This document shows positions 24,460 to 33,247 of a DNA stretch of 43,400 nt, one piece after another; position 1 is the stretch's first letter; every line of letters starts with the position of its first letter. Origin of the DNA: an uncultured Candidatus Saccharibacteria bacterium. GTDB taxonomy: Bacteria; Patescibacteriota; WWE3; UBA101185; UBA10185. Below the pieces are notes generated by a model. That model saw nothing but the letters and a program-made list of their open reading frames with translations, was not told the DNA's origin and did not search any database. The stretch is from contig CAZWYL010000001.1 in assembly GCA_964638225.1 (NCBI GenBank), positions 29,342-72,741 on the forward strand, written 5' to 3'. The position numbers were made by a program, and so were the translations under genes.

Positions 24460-26871
24460 CTAAAAAGGTATCCTCTTTCTAGACTTCGGGGAAGATGGTT
24501 TCTCCTCTATACCAGAGCGTCTATCTATATACTCTTCAACTTCCTTGCGATCAACCCCATATTTCATCCTAGAATGTTCTCTAATCCTTTCAGCAACAAC
24601 GGAGCTCTTATTGTCATTTGCTATGTTAACCATTTCCCAGTCCACTTTCATTGAAAATGGGGCCGTTGGATGGCCCTCTGCAAGAAGCTTAGTGTAATAA
24701 TTTCCTACCGGGAGGTTAATTAAATCACTTTGAGTGAGTTTAGGCTGAAATTGATTTTCCAAAAATTCGCCATCTTCAGAACCAACTCTAAAAACTGCCA
24801 TAGTACCTACATTTCCAAAAACAGCTTCTCTAATTTCGTCGGTCAGCTGAGAAATAAACTGATGCGCCACTATTAAATTTAATTTGTACTTGCGTGCTTC
24901 CGAAAGAATAGTTGCAAAATCAGAAGTGGCAAAGTTCTGAAACTCATCTACATACAAGTAGAAGTGAGGAAATTCTTCTCTACCAAGCTTGGAAGCTCTC
25001 CCCAAAGCAGCCTGCAGTATGCGCGGAACTAAAAGCAATCCCAAAAAGTTGGAGTTCTCTTCCCCAATCTTGCCTTTAGATAAGTCAACCAACAAGATTT
25101 TCCTTTCTACCATTATCTTGGGAAAATTAATTGCGGATTTAGGCTGACCTAAAATGTTGCGCATGGTTACATCAGTCACAAAGCGGTCAAACTTGGAAAC
25201 AAAGTAGCCCATTTTTTCTCCTTTATGATAATCACTTGTCTTAGCCATTTCATCTGTCCAATAACGCTTTACCAGCGGATCTTTTAGTTTAGGTAAAAAG
25301 CTTTTGGCATAAGACTCATCTATCAACAAACGTAAAACATCAACCAGAGTACTGTTCGGATCAGTCATGGCCGTCAACATAACGTTCCTAATTGCACGCT
25401 CCAATTGAGGGCCCATAATTCCCTGCCTGTTGGGATCATAAAGCTTATACAAAAGGGCAATAAATGAATTTATTACCATGTGTTTCTCTTCCTCAGAATG
25501 TGCCTCCAGAATATTAAGTCCCATAGGCCTTTCTAGATCAGAAACATCAAACAGGATTACATCCTCTGCCCGCTCTTCCGGAATCTTCTCTAAAATATCG
25601 TCTATGTCACTGCCATGCGGGTCAATAAAAGCTAAACCCTCTCCATTTCTTATATCCTGCAGCGCAAGGGTTTTCATAAACTCAGATTTTCCTGTACCTG
25701 TCTGTCCGATAATATAAAAATGGCGAGTCCTATCCTCAGGTAACATACATATCTTCTTCTCCATGCCTCTAAAGGCATTCTTCCCCAGGTAAATGCCCTC
25801 AGAGGGTACATCTTCCGGAGCAGGAACTTTTCGAGCCTTTAACCACTTTATTCCGGGGGTTTTAACCTCATTATTAGGAAAATGAAATATAGTAGCCATT
25901 TCCTCAGTATTCAATACAGAAATATTTCTATAAAGAGGAATATCTAAAATTGGAATACTTAAATCAATAACCTGGATAGTACGATAAATGAAATTATCAA
26001 CGATTTTGCGTTCATTAGGTTTAATTTTTTTGAACTTGTTATATTTAATATCAGTGAATTGATCAAAAGAAGTTACAATATTCTGAATGTGATGTTCCGC
26101 GGTGACTTTATCTTCAGCAATAGAAACTACTCTAATTGCTACATCAAATCCCGGCTTAGAAACTTTTTTCTCAACTCCTTCAATGAAGGAGGTATCAACA
26201 CTAGAACCACCTTCCGGATCCGAGCTCTTCTTTCTAATACCGGCAACAAAAGCATTTCCCTGTCTACGCCAATTGTTATTTGCGGGCCTTACAATATACT
26301 GAAGAGCTACTACATCATCATCCGAAAGCTTGCCCATAGAAGAAGTGATTGTGCTTAAAGCATCTGAGGCTAAATCTTCAAACGTCCTAATTGGATAGTA
26401 AGGAGCCCCGGAAAGTTTTATTTCTGCAACAGCAGTAAAGTCTCCTCGATCCCAAACTTCATTGGGATCAATAATATCTATCTCTGCCTCCGGATACGCC
26501 CCATTAATTTTCTTCTCCACGGCCAAAGCTAATTCATCGGGCACCACAACATAAAATCCTATCCCCGAAGTTTTAGCCACAATTTCAAACGAAATTCTGT
26601 ACTGCCCTTGCCAGAGAGTTTTCCACCAAGATCTCTTAAAACCCCATAAACTTGCAAAAAACTGCTCTGCTGCTTCCACTTCCACTTCATTCTCTGAGGG
26701 AAGTTTCACCAAAAGAAACGTCAGATCAAACTTGTTCAAATCCTCTATCTTTTTTCTTCTTCGACTTAGATAAAGTACAGTCGTACCAATAAGCAATCCA
26801 ATTAAAATAATCGAATATATAGAAATCCAAAAAATTACGTATAAAGTTTGATTAAGATTTACCAGACCCAT
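24460..26871 (-). CDS. Membrane-anchored VirD4/TraD/TraG-like (type IV coupling protein-like, FtsK-HerA superfamily) P-loop ATPase with an uncharacterised N-terminal domain of about 380 aa
   Basis: N-terminal TM (YVIFWISIYSIILIGLLIGTTVLYL), Walker A FYIIGQTGTGKSEF, Walker B HFYLYVDEFQNF, then KYKLNLIVAHQFISQL. This order and spacing is typical of TraD/VirD4 coupling ATPases. Confidence 0.75.
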   Translation of the reverse strand: MGLVNLNQTLYVIFWISIYSIILIGLLIGTTVLYLSRRRKKIEDLNKFDLTFLLVKLPSENEVEVEAAEQFFASLWGFKRSWWKTLWQGQYRISFEIVAKTSGIGFYVVVPDELALAVEKKINGAYPEAEIDIIDPNEVWDRGDFTAVAEIKLSGAPYYPIRTFEDLASDALSTITSSMGKLSDDDVVALQYIVRPANNNWRRQGNAFVAGIRKKSSDPEGGSSVDTSFIEGVEKKVSKPGFDVAIRVVSIAEDKVTAEHHIQNIVTSFDQFTDIKYNKFKKIKPNERKIVDNFIYRTIQVIDLSIPILDIPLYRNISVLNTEEMATIFHFPNNEVKTPGIKWLKARKVPAPEDVPSEGIYLGKNAFRGMEKKICMLPEDRTRHFYIIGQTGTGKSEFMKTLALQDIRNGEGLAFIDPHGSDIDDILEKIPEERAEDVILFDVSDLERPMGLNILEAHSEEEKHMVINSFIALLYKLYDPNRQGIMGPQLERAIRNVMLTAMTDPNSTLVDVLRLLIDESYAKSFLPKLKDPLVKRYWTDEMAKTSDYHKGEKMGYFVSKFDRFVTDVTMRNILGQPKSAINFPKIMVERKILLVDLSKGKIGEENSNFLGLLLVPRILQAALGRASKLGREEFPHFYLYVDEFQNFATSDFATILSEARKYKLNLIVAHQFISQLTDEIREAVFGNVGTMAVFRVGSEDGEFLENQFQPKLTQSDLINLPVGNYYTKLLAEGHPTAPFSMKVDWEMVNIANDNKSSVVAERIREHSRMKYGVDRKEVEEYIDRRSGIEEKPSSPKSRKRIPF

Positions 26872-27247
26872 TGTCAGTATTTACTCCTTTTACACCTTCT
26901 ATAAATTCTTCCTCCTCTTCATCGCCGTAGCGGGTTAACTCACTTTGAGATTCGGACAAAGAAATCGATTTTACTCCCTTTGATCTTTTATCTAGAATTC
27001 TACCCTGTGATTTGCTTGAATTATCGAAATCAGAAGATTCCTCTTCGTCTTCTTCCCTGGATTTGGGAATAGGAGGTTTTGGTGAAGTAAATACCTCCGG
27101 AGCTTTTTCTTCTTCCGGAGAACGCTCACTTTCTATAGAAGGCAAACCCTCAGGAGAACCTGATGGAACGTCAGCAGAAGGAGCAATATCATTACCCTCA
27201 TTTCCATTTTGATCTTCAATTTGACCTAGATCATCAGAATCCTGCAT
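26852..27247 (-). CDS. Hypothetical 131-aa acidic, S/E/P-rich intrinsically disordered protein
   Basis: ORF overlapping the ATPase start by 20 nt. It is low complexity, so its coding status is less certain. Confidence 0.5.
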   Translation of the reverse strand: MQDSDDLGQIEDQNGNEGNDIAPSADVPSGSPEGLPSIESERSPEEEKAPEVFTSPKPPIPKSREEDEEESSDFDNSSKSQGRILDKRSKGVKSISLSESQSELTRYGDEEEEEFIEGVKGVNTDNGSGKS

Positions 27248-27250
27248 GAG

Positions 27251-27502
27251 TTATTCCTCCGAAATCTCTTTCTCACCCTCTAGACCTTTTTTAAATGAAT
27301 CTATATAAGGGTCCGCTTCCTCTTTCACTTCTGAAATCTTTTCCGAACTCACCTCAGAAAGTCTTTCTAACTTTTTCAACAATTCGTTTAACTCTTTGGA
27401 TAAATTATCCCGTGTTTCCTCTCCTTTCCTTGGAGCAAAAAGAACTCCAAAAATCCCTCCGATTATGATTCCCAACCAAAAGTTATTTCTTTTTTTTGCC
27501 AT
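27251..27502 (-). CDS. YtxH-domain protein
   Basis: WLGIIIGGIFGVLFAPRKGEETRDNL matches the YtxH signature (GxxxGxxxGLLFAPKSGxETR). I prefer the ATG at 27502 (MAKKRNN). Confidence 0.7.
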   Translation of the reverse strand: MAKKRNNFWLGIIIGGIFGVLFAPRKGEETRDNLSKELNELLKKLERLSEVSSEKISEVKEEADPYIDSFKKGLEGEKEISEE

Positions 27503-27782
27503 TTTTCTCCTCCTCCTGAGAATCTGATTTCCAAATATCACTCAACGTATTAATGGATCTTGTCTGTTGAAAACCCTTCAACAAAGCAAATACAAAGGGA
27601 GCTATTTTTAAGGCCGAGCCCATAACTGAATTGGAAAAATGAGTGACATCGCTTAGAAGAGCTTGGACGGTTTTGAAAACCTTCCTAACCTGAACAAAAA
27701 GAAAAATTGCGAAAGCAATCCAAATTACAAAATTGATACTCAGTAAAACTATAAAAATTGTTGTTAATGTTTGTGTAGACAT
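27483..27782 (-). CDS. DUF948-like small membrane protein
   Basis: N-terminal TM followed by a helical region. It precedes the ytxH-like gene, the arrangement I recall for DUF948/YtxH-family genes in Firmicutes. Confidence 0.45.
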   Translation of the reverse strand: MSTQTLTTIFIVLLSINFVIWIAFAIFLFVQVRKVFKTVQALLSDVTHFSNSVMGSALKIAPFVFALLKGFQQTRSINTLSDIWKSDSQEEEKNGKKKK

Positions 27783-27804
27783 AGGCAGTACTTACTTAAT
27801 TAAA

Positions 27805-27813
27805 AGTATAGCA
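27805..27813 (-). promoter_or_regulatory. Extended -10 element TGcTATACT upstream of the DUF948-like gene
   Basis: The reverse complement of 27805-27813 is TGCTATACT, 22 nt before the ATG at 27782. Confidence 0.35.
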
Positions 27814-27825
27814 CACACTACTTAT

Positions 27826-28554
27826 CTAATTCACGGTAGAAATATCTTCAACAGGCTCACTGATATCTTCTTCCTTGTTGTTAAATTCCTCTTCCTCTTC
27901 TTGAGATTCTTGCGGGCGGTATATCACGGTTAAAACCTTCTCTGTTTTTTTGTCCAACTTACTTATGGAGGTTATATTCAACGTATTTACACCCTCTTTT
28001 AAAGTCAAAGATGTTGCAAAAGATCCATCTGGTTTAAGTAATATTCTTTCTCCATTTACAAATAAAACCGAATCTATATCAGTATTTCCTGTTATATCAA
28101 CTAGAGAATCATGTACAATTTCATTATTTTGGGGAGAATGGATCTCCAATTCGGGGGGACCTGAATAAGTTTTGTAGGAATAAAACAGATAACCAAAAAA
28201 GGAGAACAAAAGAACTAAACCCAGACCAATTAGAATTTTATTGCTCGTTAAAGTGAAACCTTTTTTCAAATCGCTTAAAATTTTCCTTTCACCCTTGCTA
28301 TCTAACGCATCCTCAAAAACATTACTATACTCGCGCCTCCACAGTGCAAGTATCTGATTTACATTCAAATTCAACAACTCAGCATAGATTTTTAAAAATC
28401 CCTTGGCATGAATCTTTCCGTCGAAAACACTGTAATCATTCTGTTCTAAAGCCTTTATATAATTAGGATGAATCTTTATTCTTGAATATACCTGATTATA
28501 AGTTAATTTTTGTTTTTTTCTCTGAGATTTCAATATCTCACCTAAATTTTTCAT
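27826..28554 (-). CDS. rodZ: RodZ-like cytoskeleton/morphogenesis protein (HTH + TM + C-terminal beta domain)
   Basis: N-terminal HTH LGEILKSQRKKQKLTYNQVYSRIKIHPNYIKALEQNDYSVF..HAKGFLKIYAELL, a central TM and a C-terminal domain. Confidence 0.7.
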   Translation of the reverse strand: MKNLGEILKSQRKKQKLTYNQVYSRIKIHPNYIKALEQNDYSVFDGKIHAKGFLKIYAELLNLNVNQILALWRREYSNVFEDALDSKGERKILSDLKKGFTLTSNKILIGLGLVLLFSFFGYLFYSYKTYSGPPELEIHSPQNNEIVHDSLVDITGNTDIDSVLFVNGERILLKPDGSFATSLTLKEGVNTLNITSISKLDKKTEKVLTVIYRPQESQEEEEEFNNKEEDISEPVEDISTVN

Positions 28555-28575
28555 ATTTTATTGGTTGAAGAACAA

Positions 28576-30879
28576 CTAGATAGGTAAATCTTCGGAATCA
28601 TCTTTGTTAGGGTGGCTATCAATTAGAAGTTCTCGCGGACGACTGCCATCTTTTGGACCAACAATTCCTGCAGCCTCAAGTTCATCTAAAATCCTGGCTG
28701 CCCTGGCATAACCAATAGAAAGCCGACGCTGTAACAAAGATGCAGAACCCCTATCAGCATTTAAACAAACATCGATAGCTTCATCAAAAAGCTCATCTAC
28801 AGCCTCACCTCCAGCAGCAATACTTGTATTCCTTTGCTCTATTTTCTTTTCGGTTTTAAGCACTTCTTCCTTATATTCAGGTTCTACACCCTGAGATTTC
28901 AGGTAGCTCACCAAGTTTGAAATTTCATTTTCGGTTACCAGAGAACCCTGAAGACGCGAAGGTTTAGAAGCATCCGGAGGTACAAAAAGCATGTCTCCCT
29001 GACCTAAAAGTTTCTCGGCACCGGGCTGGTCTATAATAACTCGAGAGTCAACTTGACTAGAGACGTTAAAGGCGATTCGACAGGGAATATTTGCTTTAAT
29101 TAATCCGGTTATAACGTTTGTAGAAGGTCTCTGTACTGATAAAACTAGATGTATGCCGGTAGCGCGTGCCAACTGAGCCATCCGAATGATGCTTTTTTCC
29201 ACCGCGGAGGGATCCGCAACCATAATCTCACCCAATTCATCAACTACAATAACTATGTAAGGAAGTGCTTGAAATCCAGACTTCTCATTATATGAATCAA
29301 TATTACGAGCACGGGCACTTTCGAAAAGCTTATAACGGCGCTCCATTTCCATTACTGCCCATTTAAAAATAGAAGGAGATTTGTCTACATCAGTAACTAC
29401 TGGAGTTAGTAAATGCGGGATACCCTCATAATGGCTAAACTCAACTCTCTTGGGATCCACTAGGATAAACTTGCATTCCTGGGGAGTTGCTCTATACAGT
29501 ATGGAAAATAAAAGAGAATGTAAAAACACCGATTTACCAGAACCAGTAGCTCCTGCAACAAGTAAGTGGGGCATCCTTCCAATATCATAAACAATCGATT
29601 TTCCTCCTACATCCTTACCTAAAACAATTCCAATTTTCGATTCCAAAGACTTCATGGGTTCAGAAGTTAGTAAAGTTTTAAAATGAACGTTAACACGAGT
29701 ATTATTGGGAACTTCTATACCTACAAGAGATCTGCCGGGAATTGGTGCTTCAATACGCACTGATCCAGTTGGCGAGGCAAGGGCTAGAGCTAAATCATAT
29801 TGTAAGTTAACTATTTTTGAAATTTTCGTTCCTGTAGCTGTGTCAAGAGCATACTGAGTTACTGAGGGGCCAGCTTTAATCTCTTTTACTGTGGCCTTGA
29901 TTCCAAAGGATTTTAAAGTATCCTCAATAACTTCAGCTCGGGCTTTAACATTACCTGCATCTGGTTTAACTGGCGAGGGATCTTCTAATAGATCTTGTGG
30001 GGGTAATTCCCAAACCTTATCGACATAAGGAAGGTTAGGAACCAGGGAAGTAACCTCCTCCTCCTCATTTGTTGAAGAACTTGGTGATGGAACTTCTTCA
30101 TCCTGCGGTTCGGAATAAGAGGGAAGAACTTCGATTTTTGAAGTACTTTCTTTTTCCAATTCTTCTGTCGAAAAGGATTCCTCCCTTTCTTTATCTGACT
30201 CTTCTCCCTCACCATTACCCTCTAAAGCTCTGTGAGCTAACTGGCTTACAGTCTCCGCTAGACCAGGACTTTCCTGATCTTCCTCTTCTTCAGATTTCTC
30301 TTCAGATTCCTCTTCCCCTTCTCCTTTTTCAGGAAAAATCTTTCTAAAAAGTATCAAAATAAACTCAAAAAGTTTATTTAAAGAAATATTAAAAATCAGT
30401 ATTATAGATATCAAAACTCCTGAAACAAGAACCAGAGACGCGCCATAAATACTTACAGAACTATTTAAAAATGACAAAACGTTATATCCTATCAGACCGC
30501 CGCATTGACCTTCAGAAGCACGCGTATAAGGCTCGGTGCGCCAACAAAAAAGCCCAAAAAAACCGGAGCTGAAAATCAGGAAACCTAAAAGACCGAGAAA
30601 AACCCTAACATCCTTAAATTTGTGTTTTAAAGCATCTATGAAAAAAGTTGTTAAAAGAAAAAAGAGAAAAGGAATGGTATAAGCTGCAAAACCAAATCCC
30701 CGCAGAAGCAGATCTCTAATTTTAGCGTTCCAACTATAACCTGGAAGGAGAAGAGAAATTAAACTTAAACCACCTAAAAGAAAGAAAACAACAACAGCCA
30801 CGGACTTTATTACCTCCGGTCTTAAGTCAAAACCGACTTTCAACCTGAATTTTTTCTTTCTTCCTCTTTTTCTGGCCAT
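28576..30879 (-). CDS. ftsK: DNA translocase FtsK/SpoIIIE
   Basis: 4-5 N-terminal TMs and an acidic linker. Motor motifs HLLVAGATGSGKSV (Walker A) and YIVIVVDELGEIM (Walker B). C-terminal gamma wHTH SASLLQRRLSIGYARAARILDELEAAGIVGP. Confidence 0.9.
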   Translation of the reverse strand: MARKRGRKKKFRLKVGFDLRPEVIKSVAVVVFFLLGGLSLISLLLPGYSWNAKIRDLLLRGFGFAAYTIPFLFFLLTTFFIDALKHKFKDVRVFLGLLGFLIFSSGFFGLFCWRTEPYTRASEGQCGGLIGYNVLSFLNSSVSIYGASLVLVSGVLISIILIFNISLNKLFEFILILFRKIFPEKGEGEEESEEKSEEEEDQESPGLAETVSQLAHRALEGNGEGEESDKEREESFSTEELEKESTSKIEVLPSYSEPQDEEVPSPSSSTNEEEEVTSLVPNLPYVDKVWELPPQDLLEDPSPVKPDAGNVKARAEVIEDTLKSFGIKATVKEIKAGPSVTQYALDTATGTKISKIVNLQYDLALALASPTGSVRIEAPIPGRSLVGIEVPNNTRVNVHFKTLLTSEPMKSLESKIGIVLGKDVGGKSIVYDIGRMPHLLVAGATGSGKSVFLHSLLFSILYRATPQECKFILVDPKRVEFSHYEGIPHLLTPVVTDVDKSPSIFKWAVMEMERRYKLFESARARNIDSYNEKSGFQALPYIVIVVDELGEIMVADPSAVEKSIIRMAQLARATGIHLVLSVQRPSTNVITGLIKANIPCRIAFNVSSQVDSRVIIDQPGAEKLLGQGDMLFVPPDASKPSRLQGSLVTENEISNLVSYLKSQGVEPEYKEEVLKTEKKIEQRNTSIAAGGEAVDELFDEAIDVCLNADRGSASLLQRRLSIGYARAARILDELEAAGIVGPKDGSRPRELLIDSHPNKDDSEDLPI

Positions 30880-30886
30880 TAGGGCA

Positions 30887-30895
30887 ATTTTATCA
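30887..30895 (-). promoter_or_regulatory. Extended -10 promoter (TGaTAAAAT) 7 nt upstream of the ftsK ATG
   Basis: The reverse complement reads TGATAAAAT-tgcccta-ATG. Confidence 0.5.
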
Positions 30896-30898
30896 AAA

Positions 30899-32572
30899 TT
30901 AAAGATAAATCGCTTGTATAAAAAGAAGAGGATTTCTCCCGGTCTCTTTGTAAAGCATTTTATTAAGGCGCTTTTCTAGTTCATTGCGAACATTATTCCA
31001 ATCTTTAAGTCCTTGTTCATAATTTTCTATTGTATCCGTAAGTGATTGTTTAACTTTGTCCATGAGCTCTTTAGACTCCCTTACATAAACAAAGCCCCTT
31101 GTCACAACTTCTATATTCCCGGCTAATTGTCTAGATTCTTGGTCAATAGGAACTATAACTACAAATATTCCATCATCAGATAGCTTCTCACGATCTCGAA
31201 GAACCAAAGGTCCAACATCCCCGATAGTAGATCCATCTAAGAAAACGTCCCTTACGGGGTACGTTTCGCCTTTTTTGGCCTCTCCGTTCTCGAATTCAAC
31301 AGAATCCCCCTCCAATAAAAGGAAAACTCTAGACTCATCTACTCCCAAATTCAAGAGCATGTCCGCATAACTACGAGATTGGATAACATTACCTCCAATT
31401 GGGATGAAATATTTGGGTTTTACTAAAGAAGCAATAAGCCTCAAGTCACCACGAGGGCCATGTCCTGAAACATGGAGCCTGCTTTGGATACCTGGGTATA
31501 CAACCCGTGCTTTCATTAAGCTTAACCTACCCTGTAACCTCTCAACAGGCTCTCTAACGCCCGGAGGGGCTGGTGTAGAAGAAAAAATAACGTGGGCACC
31601 CGATTCTAAGGTAATTTCTTGATTATCATTTCTACTCAATCTATCCATTGCAGAACCTTCCTGACCAAAACTTCCGGCAGCAATATAAACTAAACCTGCT
31701 TGATTGTAACCCGAGGCTTTCCTCGAATCTACAAAAACATTGTCTTCAAAGGGAAGATAACCCAGGTTGCGGGCAATCTCCACTTTTTGTCTAATTGAAT
31801 AGCCCAAAAGGACTATTTGCCTGCCAACTCTTCTGGCACTCTTTATTATTTGGTGCATTCTAGGAAGATTTGATGAAATCGTTGTAACAATAACCTGTTT
31901 TCCTTCTGCTTCTTGAAAAAGAATATCAAAAGTAGGCCCTATTTCCTTTTCCGTTGGAGAATAACCGGGAGTCGCAACTTTCAAACAATCCGATAAAAGA
32001 CAAAGCACCCCTTCATCTCCGTACGCAGCTATTTTGTTTAACTCTATCGGTTCATCAATTTCAGGAGTCAAATCTATTTTGAAGTCCGACATATGCAGAA
32101 TTAATCCTTCAGGAGTTCTTAAAGCTATACCTAAAGAATCAGGAACTGAATGATTCACCTTAAAAACCTCTACACTAAAAACACCTAAATCCACAGCTTC
32201 TGCACCTGATTTTAATTCGTGTAAAGAGGGGTTTTTTGGAACGCCTTTGTAACGATCCCTTTCTTTTAATTTTTCTTTTAATAGCTCCAAGCCAAATTTG
32301 CTGGAATAAACCGGAACTTTCGGAAACTTAGCAAGAAAGTGAGGAACAGCCCCTATGTGATCTTCATGAGCGTGGGTAACTATCAACCCCTTAATCTTAT
32401 GTACATTGTCCTGAAGGTAAGACATGTCTGGTATTACCAGATCTACACCTAACATCTCACTATCAGGAAATCCAACACCGCAATCTATTACAATAATCTC
32501 ATCTTTATACTCAAAGATGGTTAAATTTTTTGTAGCTCCCTCCTCACCGCTTAAGTCAATTATTTTTAACAT
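30899..32572 (-). CDS. rnj: Ribonuclease J
   Basis: Metallo-beta-lactamase motif VTHAHEDHIGA with beta-CASP and C-terminal domain architecture. Length of 557 aa is typical. Confidence 0.9.
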   Translation of the reverse strand: MLKIIDLSGEEGATKNLTIFEYKDEIIVIDCGVGFPDSEMLGVDLVIPDMSYLQDNVHKIKGLIVTHAHEDHIGAVPHFLAKFPKVPVYSSKFGLELLKEKLKERDRYKGVPKNPSLHELKSGAEAVDLGVFSVEVFKVNHSVPDSLGIALRTPEGLILHMSDFKIDLTPEIDEPIELNKIAAYGDEGVLCLLSDCLKVATPGYSPTEKEIGPTFDILFQEAEGKQVIVTTISSNLPRMHQIIKSARRVGRQIVLLGYSIRQKVEIARNLGYLPFEDNVFVDSRKASGYNQAGLVYIAAGSFGQEGSAMDRLSRNDNQEITLESGAHVIFSSTPAPPGVREPVERLQGRLSLMKARVVYPGIQSRLHVSGHGPRGDLRLIASLVKPKYFIPIGGNVIQSRSYADMLLNLGVDESRVFLLLEGDSVEFENGEAKKGETYPVRDVFLDGSTIGDVGPLVLRDREKLSDDGIFVVIVPIDQESRQLAGNIEVVTRGFVYVRESKELMDKVKQSLTDTIENYEQGLKDWNNVRNELEKRLNKMLYKETGRNPLLFIQAIYL

Positions 32573-32579
32573 ATTTCTT

Positions 32580-33227
32580 TTACAAATCTAATTTTATTTG
32601 TCCTTTCTGTTCCTCTTTTCTAGAGGATGCAACATTTTTTACTTGATCTAATTCTATTTCTTTTAAAATCTGGGGAATCCTTCTAAAGTCGCTTTCCAGG
32701 GCCTCGCGAAACTTTCCATTCCTCAGTCCTGCCGCTGGATGATAAACCGGATAAACAAATAACTTTCTTCCAACCTTGCTATCTGTCACTTCTATAAGAT
32801 TACCACGATCCTGCGAAATCTTACCCTCCTTATAAAAATAATACATAGCAAATCGTCCCAAAGTTACTACCAATTTAGGACGTATGGTTCTGAGCTGAAC
32901 TGTTAAATACGGTTCGCATGCTTTTATTTCATCTTGGAGGGGATCTCTATTCTTGGGAGGGCGATGCTTAATTATATTCCCAATCCAGACATCTTTTCTT
33001 GTAAGACCTATATCTTCTAATAAAGATTCTAGTAGTTTCCCCGCTCTTCCAACAAATGGACGTCCGGTTTTATCTTCATTAGCTCCCGGCGCTTCTCCTA
33101 TAAGAACTATATCGGCGTTTATATTTCCTTCTCCGGGAACGGCATTTTGCGCCTGTTTATGCAAACGGCATTTTTGACAAGTTTCAACTTGCCTGGCTAT
33201 TTTCTTCATCAAAGCTGCTTTCTTCAT
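32580..33227 (-). CDS. udg: Uracil-DNA glycosylase, family 4 (Fe-S type)
   Basis: CQKCRLH, GEAPGANEDKTGRPFVGRAGKLL and YHPAAGLRN. Confidence 0.85.
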   Translation of the reverse strand: MKKAALMKKIARQVETCQKCRLHKQAQNAVPGEGNINADIVLIGEAPGANEDKTGRPFVGRAGKLLESLLEDIGLTRKDVWIGNIIKHRPPKNRDPLQDEIKACEPYLTVQLRTIRPKLVVTLGRFAMYYFYKEGKISQDRGNLIEVTDSKVGRKLFVYPVYHPAAGLRNGKFREALESDFRRIPQILKEIELDQVKNVASSRKEEQKGQIKLDL

Positions 33228-33247
33228 AAAATAATTTACCGAAAGAA

